Source: Octopus vulgaris (Eukaryota). Taken from it: a stretch of DNA of 64,000 nucleotides. The stretch lies in contig OX597827.1 of the NCBI GenBank assembly GCA_951406725.2, positions 35,216,001 through 35,280,000 of the forward strand, given 5' to 3'. Position 1 is the first letter of the stretch, and the number at the start of each line of letters is the position of its first letter. A program made the position numbers and the translations under genes. Below the pieces are notes generated by a model. That model searched no databases, was not told the DNA's origin, and saw nothing but the letters and a program-made list of their open reading frames with translations. This document shows, one piece after another, positions 12,738 to 25,644 of the stretch.

Positions 12738-12920
12738 GTAAGATTTTTAAGAGCGGTAATCTCTCTTTTAATACTTTACTTGATAGAATGTCGTGTGAAC
12801 CCCACAGAAGGCACTCAGCTTTACCTGTATTACAAGAGCAACTCAATTTTAAAAAGCTACTGTTCTCAAAGACAATGTCAACGGTCTAATTTGTAATGAC
12901 AGTAACAATTCTTAAAAGAA

Positions 12921-13312
12921 CTAGCAGTATCGCCCGGCGTTGCTCGGGTTTGTTTCGACCCTTTAGAATTGAAATTTTTGAAAAGTAAAAATTTTGCATT
13001 ATGTAGCTTGTTATTCTCTTTAAGTGAATATTTTTCTGGTTGAAATACACCGAAAAATGGCGACACAGCACTCAAAATATCGTAAAAAATAGGGATTTTC
13101 ATAGAAAAAAAGCACCTTTTTGATGTAAATAATTTTAGGTGTTAACATGGTCCGATTTGAATTTATTCTTTTACGGAATGAAGAGCAAGCCTTCTTCTGT
13201 CATACTCTCAATTTTGGTCACCTTGCGACGCAGAGTCTCGGAGGAGATAGTGTTAATTGAAGGCTACCAAACCTACCATACACAGACAACTTCAGCTTTA
13301 TATAGAGAGAGA
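12921..13312 (-). mobile_element. Complete 392-bp non-autonomous Helitron
   Basis: Minus strand reads a|TCtctctctatataaagc ... cccgagcaacgccgggcgatactgCTAG|t, with both termini and the A|T target. A second copy is at 52801-53179. Confidence 0.9.
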
Positions 13313-14196
13313 TAACGTGACCCTCTTCATGTTTTTCACAAATGTATCAACAAAATATAAGGAAATGGATTTTATTTGTGATCAAAATCAAAGAGCTAAC
13401 ACATGTCATATGAAGTTTATCTCTTATTCTGCACCTCGATACTCGTAGAACAGGGCATAAAAGATCTATAATGGTATCTTTTTGTACAGCTGTGAGTTGC
13501 AGCGTGGTAACTGATAAGATTTCCATTCTCTATAGAGAGTGGTGTGTTAGATTCAGATAACAATGTCATTAAGATTAGCAAAAATAGTTTCTGTCGCATT
13601 ATGTGATGCTCACGTAGCTACTGAATATGTAAATGAATGCGTAGTTATTGTGCTTCTACAGTAGTTAGCAAGTACGAGCATTACACAACACAACTGATTA
13701 TTCTTAGGAGTAACTTCCTTGGCCTATTATGAAAAGCTGAGAGAATAAAAAAAGTAAAAGAAAAATTAATATAGGGTGAAAGTTGGGATTGGCAGGAACC
13801 GTATTCAGGAGAAACGCTACAAACATAAAGAATTAGTGCTGCATATAGCTATACTTTTATATTTGTCTGTGGGTAAGAAAATAGAAAAAATGATGATAGC
13901 ATTTGAGATGCTCAGTACCATTTTAACGACATATTCCATATATTACATGATATAAATATGTCAAAAAGTGGAGTACTTTTTGGTGGCAAGTGAAGAATTT
14001 AGAGCCATTTTAAGGTTTATTTCATATCTCCGATAATACTTATCTAAAAAAGTTTCTTTTTGTTTTATATCATTATTTCTTCATTTGTTATTCCTTCGTT
14101 TTATATCATTATTTCATTTGTTATTTCTTCAATTGCTTTTATTGTAACTACCCAAAGCATTCTAATTGTGTAATCTTCATGCATTTTTGTTTTCAG

Positions 14197-14390
14197 TTTG
14201 GCTGCTTGAAATAACAGGCTTAGAAATTGCAAATGTGGATTTGCGGAACAACAGAGATTATAGCAGCAGAGTTAACTTAAATGTGAATACGACAGAAACA
14301 AAATCACAGACTATGCTTTGTCTAAGTCATCAACTGTTTTCTGATATTAGAACTATTCTTATTGACAACTGTGACGTTGGTAACATTAGT
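14197..14390 (+). CDS. Tandem-PLAT membrane protein, exon G (highly diverged repeat)
   Basis: tttttgttttcag / gtatgt. VWLLEITGLEIANVDLRNN...LFSDIRTILIDNCDVGNIS. Phase 1 to 0. Confidence 0.7.
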
Positions 14391-14415
14391 GTATGTATAT
14401 ATGTATATATATATA

Positions 14416-14488
<73 letters not shown>

Positions 14489-15232
14489 ATGTGTGTATAG
14501 ATATATGTATGTATGGGTGAATGTATATTTATTTGCATGTATGATTGTTTGCTTGCTTACTTGTTATTTTTCTTTTTTTATCTGAATTCATTCTCTAAGA
14601 ATAAAATGATTTCCAACAAGAAAAGATAGTCGCATCGCAGGAGTCCGAATGACTATTTGATTACATTTTGAATTTTAGAAAACTCTTGAATATTTTTGCA
14701 GAGTACTTGTTTAGCCGGTAACTTCCTAAATCTGAAAACCTCAGCTTTTCGAGATTGTCACTTAACTCAGAGAAATGCATCAATAATTATTGGTATAAAT
14801 ATAAATTCATAATCCAGGTAGGGCAGCTGTAAGTTTGAAACATTTCTTTGTAAATATTCTTCCTAACTCATTTTGAAAGAAATTATCAAATCTGTACACT
14901 AGCTTTCGTATCTGCTTCAAACACCTACATCAGGCTTGTTATGTTATCAACTGGCGAATGATTTCAAGGAATGATCGGGAAAGTCAATCTCAGTGAGGTT
15001 TGAACTCAGAGAATAGAGAGCCAGAACAAATACCACAAGACGTTCTACCAGATGCCCGACTATCTCTTCCAGTTCGTTGTTTCAGTTCATGTGTTGACAC
15101 GCATTCGCCAACAGAAGTACTTTCAGTATTTATCCCAGATAGCATTATATATTGTTTTAGCTACAACATTATGCTGTGTTTGAAGGTAATGATTCTTTAG
15201 GGTTGTTGCAGACTGCAAATATATATAAACAG

Positions 15233-15393
<161 letters not shown>

Positions 15394-15428
15394 ACAGACA
15401 CACACACACACAGAAATGTGAAATAATC

Positions 15429-15809
15429 TTTTCTACTCCAAACACAAAGCCCGAAATTTGGGGGGAGGGGCCAGTCGATTAGATCGACCCCAGTAGGCAA
15501 CTGGTACTTAATTTATCGACCCCGAAAAGATGCAAGGCAAAGTAGACCTCAGAACGTAAAGACAGACGAAATACCTATTTCTTTACTACCCACAAGGGGC
15601 TAAACACAGAAGGGACAAACGAGGACAGACAAACGGATTAAGTCGATTATATCGACCCTACTGCGTAACTGGTACTTATTTAATCGACCCCGAAAGGATG
15701 AAAGGCAAAGTCGACCTCGGCGGAATTTGAACTCAGAACGTAGCGACAGACAAAATACTGCTGAGCATTTCACTCAGCGTGCTAACGTTTCTGCCAGTTC
15801 GCCGCCTTC
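15429..15809 (-). mobile_element. Full-length dimeric SINE family 2 with 16-bp TSD
   Basis: gaaatgtgaaataatc at 15413-15428 and 15810-15825; the core is present twice internally. Confidence 0.9.
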
Positions 15810-15891
15810 GAAATGTGAAATAATCGACACGTTGGAGCTTAAAGTGCTTTATTATGTCTTTTATTCATGAGACACAAATATACACAAATAA

Positions 15892-15966
<75 letters not shown>

Positions 15967-15980
15967 TATAGATATATATA

Positions 15981-16186
15981 GTTAATCCAAACAAGAAAGC
16001 ACAAAAAACACAACAACGCGAGGACGTGGAACAAATATAGTATTATTGGACGCTCGGGAAAGAAGGAAAGAAGGAGGGTTTAACGTTTCGAGCGGAGCTC
16101 TTCGTCGGAAACACAGGAGAAGGAAAGATCCAGAGAAGGGAAGACAGAGGAAACAAATCGCCAACGGTACACATGAGGTCACATTT

Positions 16187-16187
<1 letters not shown>
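15981..16187 (-). mobile_element. Penelope-type terminal-repeat fragment with a minimal hammerhead-like motif
   Basis: Similar to 27640-27900 and 29745-29950; motif at 16078-16112; flanked by (TA)n. Confidence 0.65.
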
Positions 16188-16278
<91 letters not shown>

Positions 16279-16419
16279 ATCGCACGTTCGGATGAACTCT
16301 ACTCAACCCTTGACGTCTAGACTTCTCCCTCTATATCTACGTATTGGGCTAGCCTACTTTACACAACACCACCCCCTTTTGAGTTTTTTAAACCAGAATT
16401 TATCAATTTTATTTCCTCG

Positions 16420-16870
16420 GTGAGAAACTGACATATCTTTTTCTCTTAGCGTTAATTTCCATCATTTCTGCAGGTTTTCTCTTCCTGTTTGACCTACATG
16501 CCAGTTCTGCTTTTGCTTGTGGTTCTGGGACCTGGAACAAATCATACCATAAATCCATTGGTTCTTCTAGCCTCTCTTGATTTTTGGCATATCTTTTTTT
16601 TAATTGGTTTAAATGCCTTCTGTGTTCATATTTTGGTCCTTTTATCATGTACATCCCGTTACCCAGACGTCCAGTTATACTTCCTTGTTCCCAGTCCTGT
16701 TTTCCGTTACTATATATTTTAAAATACACTTTGTCACCTGTGTTAAAAAATTTCGATTTTCTTCCCAAATTTTCTATTTTCTGTTTTCTGCTCGGCAACC
16801 ATTTGTCAAAAATAGGACGAATTTTTCTGGAAAACATCCAATCAGCGGGAGATAATTCAGTGATCCAATG
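16420..16870 (-). mobile_element. Gypsy LTR retrotransposon integrase C-terminal fragment
   Basis: SPADWMFSRKIRPIFDKWLP..FNTGDKVYFKIY..WEQGSITGRLGNGMYMI..RRHLNQLKKRY (SPAE..F.R and GPY/F-like region). Confidence 0.8.
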
Positions 16871-16879
16871 GTTCATACT

Positions 16880-18563
16880 TTCATTGATCATTTTTCTCCA
16901 TATTTTCTGCCATTCCAAACATTCTTATTGTTTTATTTATTCAACTGTACGGTTCCACGTCATTTGTTTTTCTGTAATCGAACCATGCTACATTCAGTCC
17001 CGTCAGTTTGCATCCTCAATTTCTAATTCTCTTTTTATCAACTAATAATTGGTCTTTAGTCGTGCTGCTTTGCTTGCTTCATCCCTCCTCTCCTACTGGA
17101 AATAAATTGTTACTTTCCAGATGGCGATATAAGCTTTCCGCCAAGACATCGGCCATAAGCTTCCTTGTTATAGGTCGGAAATCTGACACCAAATTATTTT
17201 TCAAGAGGTCCTTGAGACATAGCGTTCATCCACTTGTCATTCAGTTAGGGACGCGTCCCTGCTGCAAATATTCATTAAAATGCATTGAGATCCTTTCATG
17301 CAGTTGTGTGAAATTTTTCAGTCAATAACCTCGTACTCCATTCGGAGTACAATTTGCTCTTCTTTTAAACTTCAGATCGTTCTGAAGTCCTTTTGTCTTG
17401 GTACAGTTACAAGTTGTCTCTCCACCTATGTTAGCCACTCTACACTTTCTTTATATCTCACTGGCTTTTTCTAAAGTTATTCTCAGAATACTTTATTTTC
17501 TTCCACATCATCAGAGTTCAATTCCTGATGTTGTTCCCCCTCTATTTCTTCAGAAAGATGCCTATTTTTTATTGAAACAATCTATTCTGTTCAAAATCTT
17601 TGTAGCTAGCATCATATCTTTTCAATTTGGCCTTTAACACCGACATCCGTTGTAACAATTTTTCATGTACTTTGCTCTCCCTTTTCTTTTAACTTGTACT
17701 TTCCATTCAGTTTTCTGATTGCTTTCTCATTATTGAGTTCTCTCATTATCCTCAGTTCTTTTTGTGCCTTTTCCAACTTCATTTGTATTCTTTTCCTCCA
17801 GCTTAGCTCTTTCTTTTCCTTCCCCTTCTTTTTTACAACAGTCTTCTACTTGCTTTCTATAATATCAGCTACATTAGGAGCAGTTATGATTAGCTGGTTA
17901 GTTTCATTAATGCTCTCTGTTTTAACCAAGCTCAAAACGCAATTTATTTTACCTGTGGCATTCCTTACTTTCCCGTGTCCATATAGCTTACATTTAGTGG
18001 CATTTCATTGTTCACACAAAGCATTTTTCCTCGCAGCATTTCTAAAATTTCCTTTCCTTCATCGTTCAAGTCTCGTTCAACATTTATTGTCTCTTGTCCA
18101 GCTAAATAGATTTCACTATTTACTTCATCAACATCGTCAGGCACATACTGATTTCCTTCTCTTTTAGTTTCTTCATTTCTCATCCCTTCATTGCCACCTT
18201 CTGCTACTGTTGCTTTAAACTCATCCCATTCATTTTTCATTCTTCTCTGAATTTCTTCAACTTCTAATCCTGGTCTATTAATCGCTTGGCAGAAGTTTCA
18301 AAGACCCCTTTTCATCGCATAATCTCTTCACTCGTTTCACGAAACCTCTTCTCTACCAACATACAATCATACTCTAGTTTACCTCTTTTTCCATTTCATT
18401 CTTCTCCCATTGCACTTTCGACTTCGATTTTGATCCTGATCAATGGCTTCATGACGACCAGCTGGAGCTTGTCCAGACACTCCTTGCCTGCCGTGTGCGA
18501 CACATTCACTGTTAACAGTTCCGGTCCCGTTAACGCAGTAATTACCATTATTTGAATATGACA

Positions 18564-18564
<1 letters not shown>
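16880..18564 (-). mobile_element. R4/Dong LINE 5' portion, degenerate
   Basis: Starts beside (TAA)n at 18565-18628. N-terminal GRH..RRMKW; RT remnants GVRGY*LKNFTQLHERI..VPN*MTSG and DFRPIT..LYRHLESNNLFP. Confidence 0.75.
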
Positions 18565-18629
<65 letters not shown>

Positions 18630-18840
18630 GGTGGCAAGCTGGTAGAATCGTTGGCACGCCGGGCAAAATGCTTAACAGTATTTCGTCTGTCTTTACATTC
18701 TGAGTTCAAAGCCGAGGTCAACTGTGCCTTTCATCTTTTCAGGGTCGATAAATTAAGTACCAGTGAAACACTGGAGTCGATATAATCGACTAGTCCCCTT
18801 CCACCAAATTTCAGGCCTCGTGCTTTTAGTTGAAAAGATT
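18630..18840 (+). mobile_element. SINE family 2 copy
   Basis: ggtggcaagctggtagaatcgttggcacgccgggc head plus core. Confidence 0.85.
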
Positions 18841-19805
18841 TGGGTCCTGATCAATTTAGATCAGTCTAAAGCTTTCGATAGGGTTGACCTATATCTGGCG
18901 GCAGTCTTCAAAGCAAGCTGGTTTCGGGCCTGTATTCAGGGGCTAGATCGCTGCAATGCACAGTGACATCTGTTCAGTAGTAAGAGTGAACGATCACCTC
19001 TCAGAACCATTCATGTGCTCGGTCCGGCAAGGTTTCCTCCTTTCGTTTCTCTTGTATGTACTGACTCTCGAGCCACTACCACACAAACTGGAGTCGTTGA
19101 GAGGCATCCCGCGTGACCTAGGACGTGGGAGATGCGTGTCGGCATATGTTGACGACGTCACCGTAGTGGTGTCGGATCATAAAAATATAGAAATGATCGG
19201 AATCTCCCTCAGAGACTACGAAACGATTTCAGCAGCGTCGATTAACCGGGGGAAATCAGTGGGCTTGCGGCTCAGCACCCGGAGAAACAAGTCCATGCCG
19301 TCCAACTGCGTCGTTGGGCGCTGGGCAGACAGACCGGTTAAATTGTTCGCGGGCTAGTTTGGTCCGAGCCTCCAGATGTACAAAAAACAGGTGACCACTC
19401 TCACCCAGAAATGGGCCGAGAGAAAGCTATCCTTGAAAAATCGGGCAGAAGTGGCTAACGCGTATATCGCATCCGTCATCAACTATCGCTTGACCGCCGT
19501 GCCTTGTTCCGGCCACCGTCTGATTACGCTGGAGCGTATACTCTTCCACTTCTTGAGGAAGGGACGCATCTCGATGGTCAGGCAGTCTATCTGTTGTCAA
19601 CACCCACTGCATGGTGGCCTGAGCATGCCACGGTTGAGGACGCACAGACATGCGCTGAGGCTACGACATCTCCAGTGCTTCCTTGACTGTGAACAGTTGT
19701 GGTCGCGGTTCGCCAGACATGTATTTTCGTAGCTAGTTTCTTTAACGGAGCTGCCGCCCTGAGTATTACAGAGACCGAGAGAGGACATTTGGAAAGTGGA
19801 ATGTC
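18841..19805 (+). mobile_element. Tx1/L1-clade LINE reverse transcriptase fragment
   Basis: LINLDQSKAFDRVD, SVRQG.LLS.LLYVLTLEPL, SAYVDDVT, INRGKSVGL, WAERKLSLKNRA and HPLHGGLSMP. Confidence 0.85.
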
Positions 19806-20049
19806 GACGAGCTGGCAAAATCGTTAGTGCATCAAACAAAATTCCTAATGATATTTCTTTCGGTTCTTTACGTTCTGAATTCAAATCCCACTGAGGTCAA
19901 CTTTTTCCTTTTGATCATGATAAAATAAAGTACCATTTAAGTAGTGAGGTCGATGCAATCAACTCACACCCTCCCTCTAAAACTGCTGGTTTTGTGTCAA
20001 AAATTGAAGTAATTGATGTTATTATCATTATCATTGTTATTTCTTTTAG

Positions 20050-20143
20050 ATTAAATTGACCTTGTTAGTTCGCAACGTATCTGTCATATATTATGCGACA
20101 AGAATCGGACATCATTGTGACTGTTGCCAGTGGTATGTAAGTG
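20050..20143 (+). CDS. Tandem-PLAT membrane protein, exon H
   Basis: ttcttttag / gtaagt. IKLTLLVRNVSVIYYATRIGHHCDCCQWYVS. Phase 0 to 1. Confidence 0.75.
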
Positions 20144-21503
20144 GTAAGTATAATAGCGATAATTATTATTATTCGTAGTGGCTGGCGCGTGTCGTATTGC
20201 TTCATAAATTTGTTTATTTTTGTGTCTCCAAAAGTTGTTAATGGTTTAATTTTGTTACTAAACGCTTGTTGAAGCCATTAACATAGAACAGGTTAGTTTC
20301 TTCGTGTCTTTATTTGTATTTTAATTTCCATTGATTACGCTTTCGTAATTGTCCCACCGTACTTTTCTTGACCAATAATTTATTTCTCCTTGCTAGAGAC
20401 AAGATTTTAATTTCTTGAATCCTTATATTAATTATTAAACACTGATCTGATCAATACTATTTAATTTAGCATAGAGAAATACAGGCATGTCACATACCAT
20501 ACAACATTGATTCTTGATTTATTAAAAGTATCTCCACTTCAAGAATCAAGAATTCTTCGCCGTTGACATGTCAATAGACGTCATCAGCATAACTATCTTA
20601 CTAGCTAAGGAACTTTGACATAAACAAAAAGAGTAGGACACATTTATGGCTTGGGTAATTTACATAGACCATTTTCTTCATGGAATGTCAACTTATGAGT
20701 GTTCTTGAGCCTTGAGGTTATTGCCCCTTTTAATTTGGAGCTAGTCTCAGTTGCAATTTTGGTAATTGTGACACATCCTTTAGAGGGAGATGTAATTTTG
20801 ATAAATCATGAATTTATATTGTATTGTATTTGATATGTCTGTATTTGCTGTGTTGTGTATATACATATCACTGGCCACTCTTAGTTATTTCTCTTTGCTC
20901 ACTTTTGTTTAAATTATGCAAATTACTTAAGTTATATACAGTATTAAGGTTATAGTCCAGTTTTGACAATGAAATGTGTCAAGAAAACCAGAAAACCATT
21001 TGTTTTCGGATGTAATCACACTTATACCATTGTCATTACAGCCTAATGGTGTACTTTAATTTTTAATTAACTTCTGCTAATGGATTTCATATAAAAATCA
21101 TTAGGTGTAGGTTTATTGTTTACTCTTCGACAACATTATTTCAGAGTAGTCAAATATATTAAGATATTTATAATGATTTTGAGTGAACGAAAACAAATAT
21201 AATCACTGATGTTTCGTTTGATTGATTTTATTGACAACTGTAAGGTAGCGATACGGTATAATTGTTAGCACGTCGGATAAAATGCTTAGCGATATTACTT
21301 CATACTCTTTGCGTTTTGAGTTCAAATTCCGTCAAGGCGGACTGTCTTTCGTTCTTTGGAAGACGATAAAAGGTAGTAGCTGAGGACTGGAGTCGATGTA
21401 ATCGACTTCTTCGCTTCCCTCAAAATTGCTGGCCTTGTGCCAAAATTAGAAAGATTTTAAAGAAAAGTGTTTCAGCATAATCCTATATATTTTTTTCTTC
21501 CAG

Positions 21504-21818
21504 ATATTTTACCAGAGATAACGACAGCCCAACAAACAGAAGAAATAACTACTGTTAATACTGACTCTACACCCCAAACGGATAATACTGACTCTACACC
21601 CCAAACGGATAATACTGACTCTACACCCCAAACGGATAATAGTGTTAGCACAAATTCAGAAACATCTGTTACCGAAGAAAGTGTAAGCGAAATCACCACA
21701 CCGGTGGCATTAGTTACATCTCCCGAACTAATAACTACTGAAGGAGATCTAAGCGAGACCACCGAACCAGAGACTACAGCATTACTAACAACTGAAAGTG
21801 AGATATTTACATCAACAG
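21504..21818 (+). CDS. Tandem-PLAT membrane protein, exon I (Ser/Thr/Glu mucin-like stalk)
   Basis: ttttttcttccag / gtaaac. 315 nt, phase 1-1, Thr/Ser/Glu-rich with (NTDSTPQTD)x3. Confidence 0.85.
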
Positions 21819-21955
21819 GTAAACATAAAAACAAAAAAAAAAATATTTTCTCGTCACGTGATGAAGTAAGTTTATGAGTAGATGTTTATTTTTGTACAAG
21901 TTTAAGAGCGCGATAAAATAGTGGAATATAAATAATATCGGTACACAAAGAAAAC

Positions 21956-21994
<39 letters not shown>

Positions 21995-21995
<1 letters not shown>

Positions 21996-22280
21996 GACAG
22001 TTAATAAAGAACAGGTGATGAAGCGCGTTATAAGAGAAAAGGACGAGAACGAAATACACAGAGAGCACATCAGACAAATCGAAGGGAAACGTCTGCATGG
22101 CCAATTTTGAAGACGTGTTTTTTTTATTCTTTTACTTGTTTCAGCCATTTGACTGCAGCCATGCTGGAGCACCGCTTTTAGTCGAAGAAATCGAACCCAG
22201 GACTTATTCTTTGTAAACCTGGTACTTATTCTATCGGTCTCTTTCGCTGAACCGCTAAGTTACAGAGACGTAAACACGTA

Positions 22281-22329
<49 letters not shown>

Positions 22330-22654
22330 GACGTGCTTCTTTCAGTTTCTATCTACCAAATCCACTCACAAGGCTTTGGTCGGCATGAGGCTATAGTAGG
22401 AGACATTTTCCAAGGTGCCACGCAGTGGGGCTGAACCTAGAACCATGTGGTTGGGAAACAAGCTTCTTAGCACGGAGCCAATCCTGGACTTGGTTTAAAA
22501 AAGCTCCTTCAGAAAGTTTGTATCTTAGGGACAGCAAGGATTATCGGGAGGGTTCTAAGCACTTGAAAGACTGCTGAAAACTTGTGGATACCTAAGGTTA
22601 TAGGTAGTAACCCACTGCCCACATAGGAATAAGACCGAACCGGTGCCAAACCAA

Positions 22655-22655
<1 letters not shown>
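21995..22655 (+). mobile_element. R4/Dong LINE 3' remnant interrupted by a SINE, between (TAA)n tracts
   Basis: GKRLHGQF before the SINE and LQKVCILGTARIIGRVL after it; (TAA/CAA)n at 22655-22885. Confidence 0.65.
22125..22486 (-). mobile_element. SINE family 1 (GGAGTGGCTGTGTGGTAAG head, gactgaaacaagtaaaag tail)
   Basis: Reverse complement of the copies at 37487 and 56338. Confidence 0.9.
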
Positions 22656-22713
<58 letters not shown>

Positions 22714-22744
22714 TAATAACAATAACAATAACAATAATAATAAC

Positions 22745-22788
<44 letters not shown>

Positions 22789-22795
22789 CAACAAT

Positions 22796-22886
<91 letters not shown>

Positions 22887-23464
22887 TTTGTCCTGATGCA
22901 GTACTAGGCAGTGGCTCTCGTGGCTTCTGATCTTAACTGATTGGAAGTGTTATCATACACATTGTTTTGTCTTGGAAATAAAAGATGGGCTACAGCAAAT
23001 ATTCTGCTCAATACCACAGATTTGCTTGTCACTTGTTTGACCTTAACCAGTTGAGCATGTCCCTTAGTGACTGACGATATGTGCATTTCTGATCACGAGC
23101 AGAAGTAGTGGGGAAGCATCATAGCCGTGTGTTGAGAGGGATTCTTTGGGGTTTGAATAATTCACCTCGGGAAACATGGGTGTTTCGTTCAACATCTTTA
23201 AGCAACCCTTATTCAGGGACCTTTTGAGCGGGATGGGTTACTCGACCAGAAGAAAATTCTAACTGGGCCCCACCTGCAAGGTCATGTGCTGTTTATCTTA
23301 ATATGAGATCACCATGACGCTCACATATGGTTGTGATGCCTGGCGTACTTTTATCAGATGGGTGGTCATGATGGGTATACTGGGCTTCGTATATTCTACC
23401 CCAGTGTCACTTTGATGGCATGCACTGCACTCTCACTCAATAATAATAATAGTAATAATAATAA

Positions 23465-24815
23465 TGCACCACCCAAAACCTGACATATAAGGGCTATATA
23501 TACGACGTATCAAAGGTGGTTGAAGCCTTAAACCGCTAGTAAACTATCCCAAAGTAACTACCATAGGACTACGGAAATACCTGCTTCAGGAGCAAGGAAA
23601 ACTAATATAAATAGCCACAAGACACGAACAGAACAAAAAAAATGTTTTCAGTATTTAAGGAAGCTAACAAATACAAAAAAGAAGTAATAGTACTTAATAA
23701 CTATGAAGAAAAAGAAGATGCAACAAAAGCTGTAAAACAAAGGAAATCCAAACTAAAACTGGAACAGCAAACGGATCATGATAAAACGATGGCAAGAAAA
23801 ACCCCTTCATGGCAAATATTGGGTTGAACTAAACCGAAAAGAAATAGAAAAAGCAAAATCCCAACAATGCCTGAGAAGCTCAAGACTCAAAGCAGAGAGT
23901 GAAGGATTTTTAATTGCAGCACAAGATCAAAGCCTTCCCACCAGAAATCACAAAAAAACATATAATGAAAAGAAATGCAAGTAACTGTAGAATATGTGGA
24001 GATGAAGAAGAAACAATAAATCATATTGTCTCTGGCTGCCCAGTCCTGGTTAAGAAGGAATATATTCACAGACACGTCAGAGTTGGAATCTAGATACATG
24101 GGAAGCAATGCCAACACTATGGAATAACAACAGAAAAAAGATGGTATAGGTACACGCCTGAAGAGGCCACAGAAAATGAGAAACAACTATACTCTGAGAT
24201 ATGCCAATACACACAGATAGAGAAATTAAGGCCAATAGGGTGGATATAGTTGTCAGAGATCACCAAGAAAAAAATGCTTTCTAATCGATGTCTCAATACC
24301 AACAGAGGACAAAGTTTCTCTGAAAGAAACGTATAAACATTCAAAATACAACGATCTGAAAATAGAGGTAACTCGAATGTGGAACCTAAAAATAGAAACA
24401 ATTCCTATCAAAGTAGGCGCATTAGGTATGATAAAAAAAACCATTCAGACAAATACATAACAAAAATACCAGGACTTACAATTATATATAACATACAGAA
24501 AATAGCACTACTCCTGTTCCTGTTACTGTTGGTGCCCTAGGTATGATAAAAAAAAAGGGGGATGTCAGAAACATCTAGATAAGATGCCAAGAGAACCATG
24601 CCTCAGAGAAATCCAAAAGATTGTACTGATAAGTACTGCCCACATCCTTAGAAAAACCCTATCCATTTAAATGTCGGTGTTTTATTACATGAAGATATTT
24701 CGCTATTTCCCCTCCCCAAACTTTAAGTCATAATGTAACATCTCTTATCCTTAACTCGCCCCAGGGCGCTAGCGGTGTCTCACCAAGTGACTGTAACAAA
24801 CATGCAGATCAAAAT
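23465..24815 (+). mobile_element. R4/Dong LINE 3' portion (CCHC finger and restriction-like endonuclease)
   Basis: WQEKPLHGKYW, LKAESEGFLIAAQDQSLPTRN, CRICGDEEETINHIVSGCP, TDREIKANR.DIV and LID.SIP. A second C-terminal tail is at 24515-24670. Confidence 0.85.
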
Positions 24816-25284
24816 AATATCGTCTGGTTTAATAGTGCCATCTAGTTTTGGGGTATCTTTAGCAGTGTCCACTCAGGGCTAAGGGCGGTTTTTTTTTCCG
24901 TTCGGGCCTCCACTTCTGAGACTTTAAAGTGAAGCCTGTGTGCTCTCTTTCCTTCTCTGACCAACCTACAAAACATTCTGGGAATACATTTTGGCATGGT
25001 CTCAAAATTTGTTTCGGACACGCTCGCCATTCACATATTTTCCCAAATTATTAAATCCAATGATCGTACAATTACTTATCCTTCTTATTGTTACTCTTTC
25101 TATTAGAGAATCTTTCCAGCATTCTCTTGTCAGGCTGATTGTTGTATCTCTAATAACTTGATTTGTTATAAAGGTTTAAAGTTGAGTTTAAGATTAATAA
25201 TCCAAATACTTAAATACTCGATAACTTACGTCTTTCAAAATCTTCAAATACACATTCAGGTCTCACTATGTTTCTATATTGCAG

Positions 25285-25601
25285 TCTCACCATTCTCTGA
25301 AACCGAGCCTATTTCTCCAGCAAACACAACACTGTGTCCATGTGAGTGTGAAAACGAACGACACAACCTAACCCAAAAGGAACTCGAAAAAAAGCTACTT
25401 GAGATTGTTTCGGAGTTATCACTTCTGCGAAATTCAACTTCTAAATACATCCGTTCTAAAGTTAGTATGCCAGACGCACGATTATCTTCGACATGTATTG
25501 GCGCTATCGCTGTCCTTGTCATTATCATACCATTTACAATGATAATTTCTATAGACGCCCTATATCTTTTCAAATGGCTCTACGGCGTAATTATGAGTTA
25601 G
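25285..25601 (+). CDS. Tandem-PLAT membrane protein, last exon (CPCEC - helical segment - TM - stop)
   Basis: tttctatattgcag acceptor. LCPCECE..LTQKELEKKLLEIVSEL..STSKYIRSKVSMPDARLSSTCIGAIAVLVIIIPFTMIISID, then TAG, followed by AATAAA. Confidence 0.85.
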
Positions 25602-25632
25602 AACTATTTCAGCTCTATGTATCTGCAAATTG

Positions 25633-25638
25633 AATAAA
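25633..25638 (+). promoter_or_regulatory. Candidate polyadenylation signal AATAAA
   Basis: Lies 31 nt after the stop codon of the last exon. Confidence 0.55.
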
Positions 25639-25644
25639 AATATA

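Noticed and set aside
14379-14385. Alternative donor gttg|gtaaca in exon G
   Set aside because: It would give phase 1 and break the frame with exon H; the donor at 14391 keeps the frame.
21557-21641. 27-bp direct repeats as a CRISPR-like array
   Set aside because: No spacers, eukaryotic context, and in-frame within a coding exon.
22555-22930. Poly-Asn/Leu/Ile ORFs
   Set aside because: (TAA/CAA)n microsatellite.
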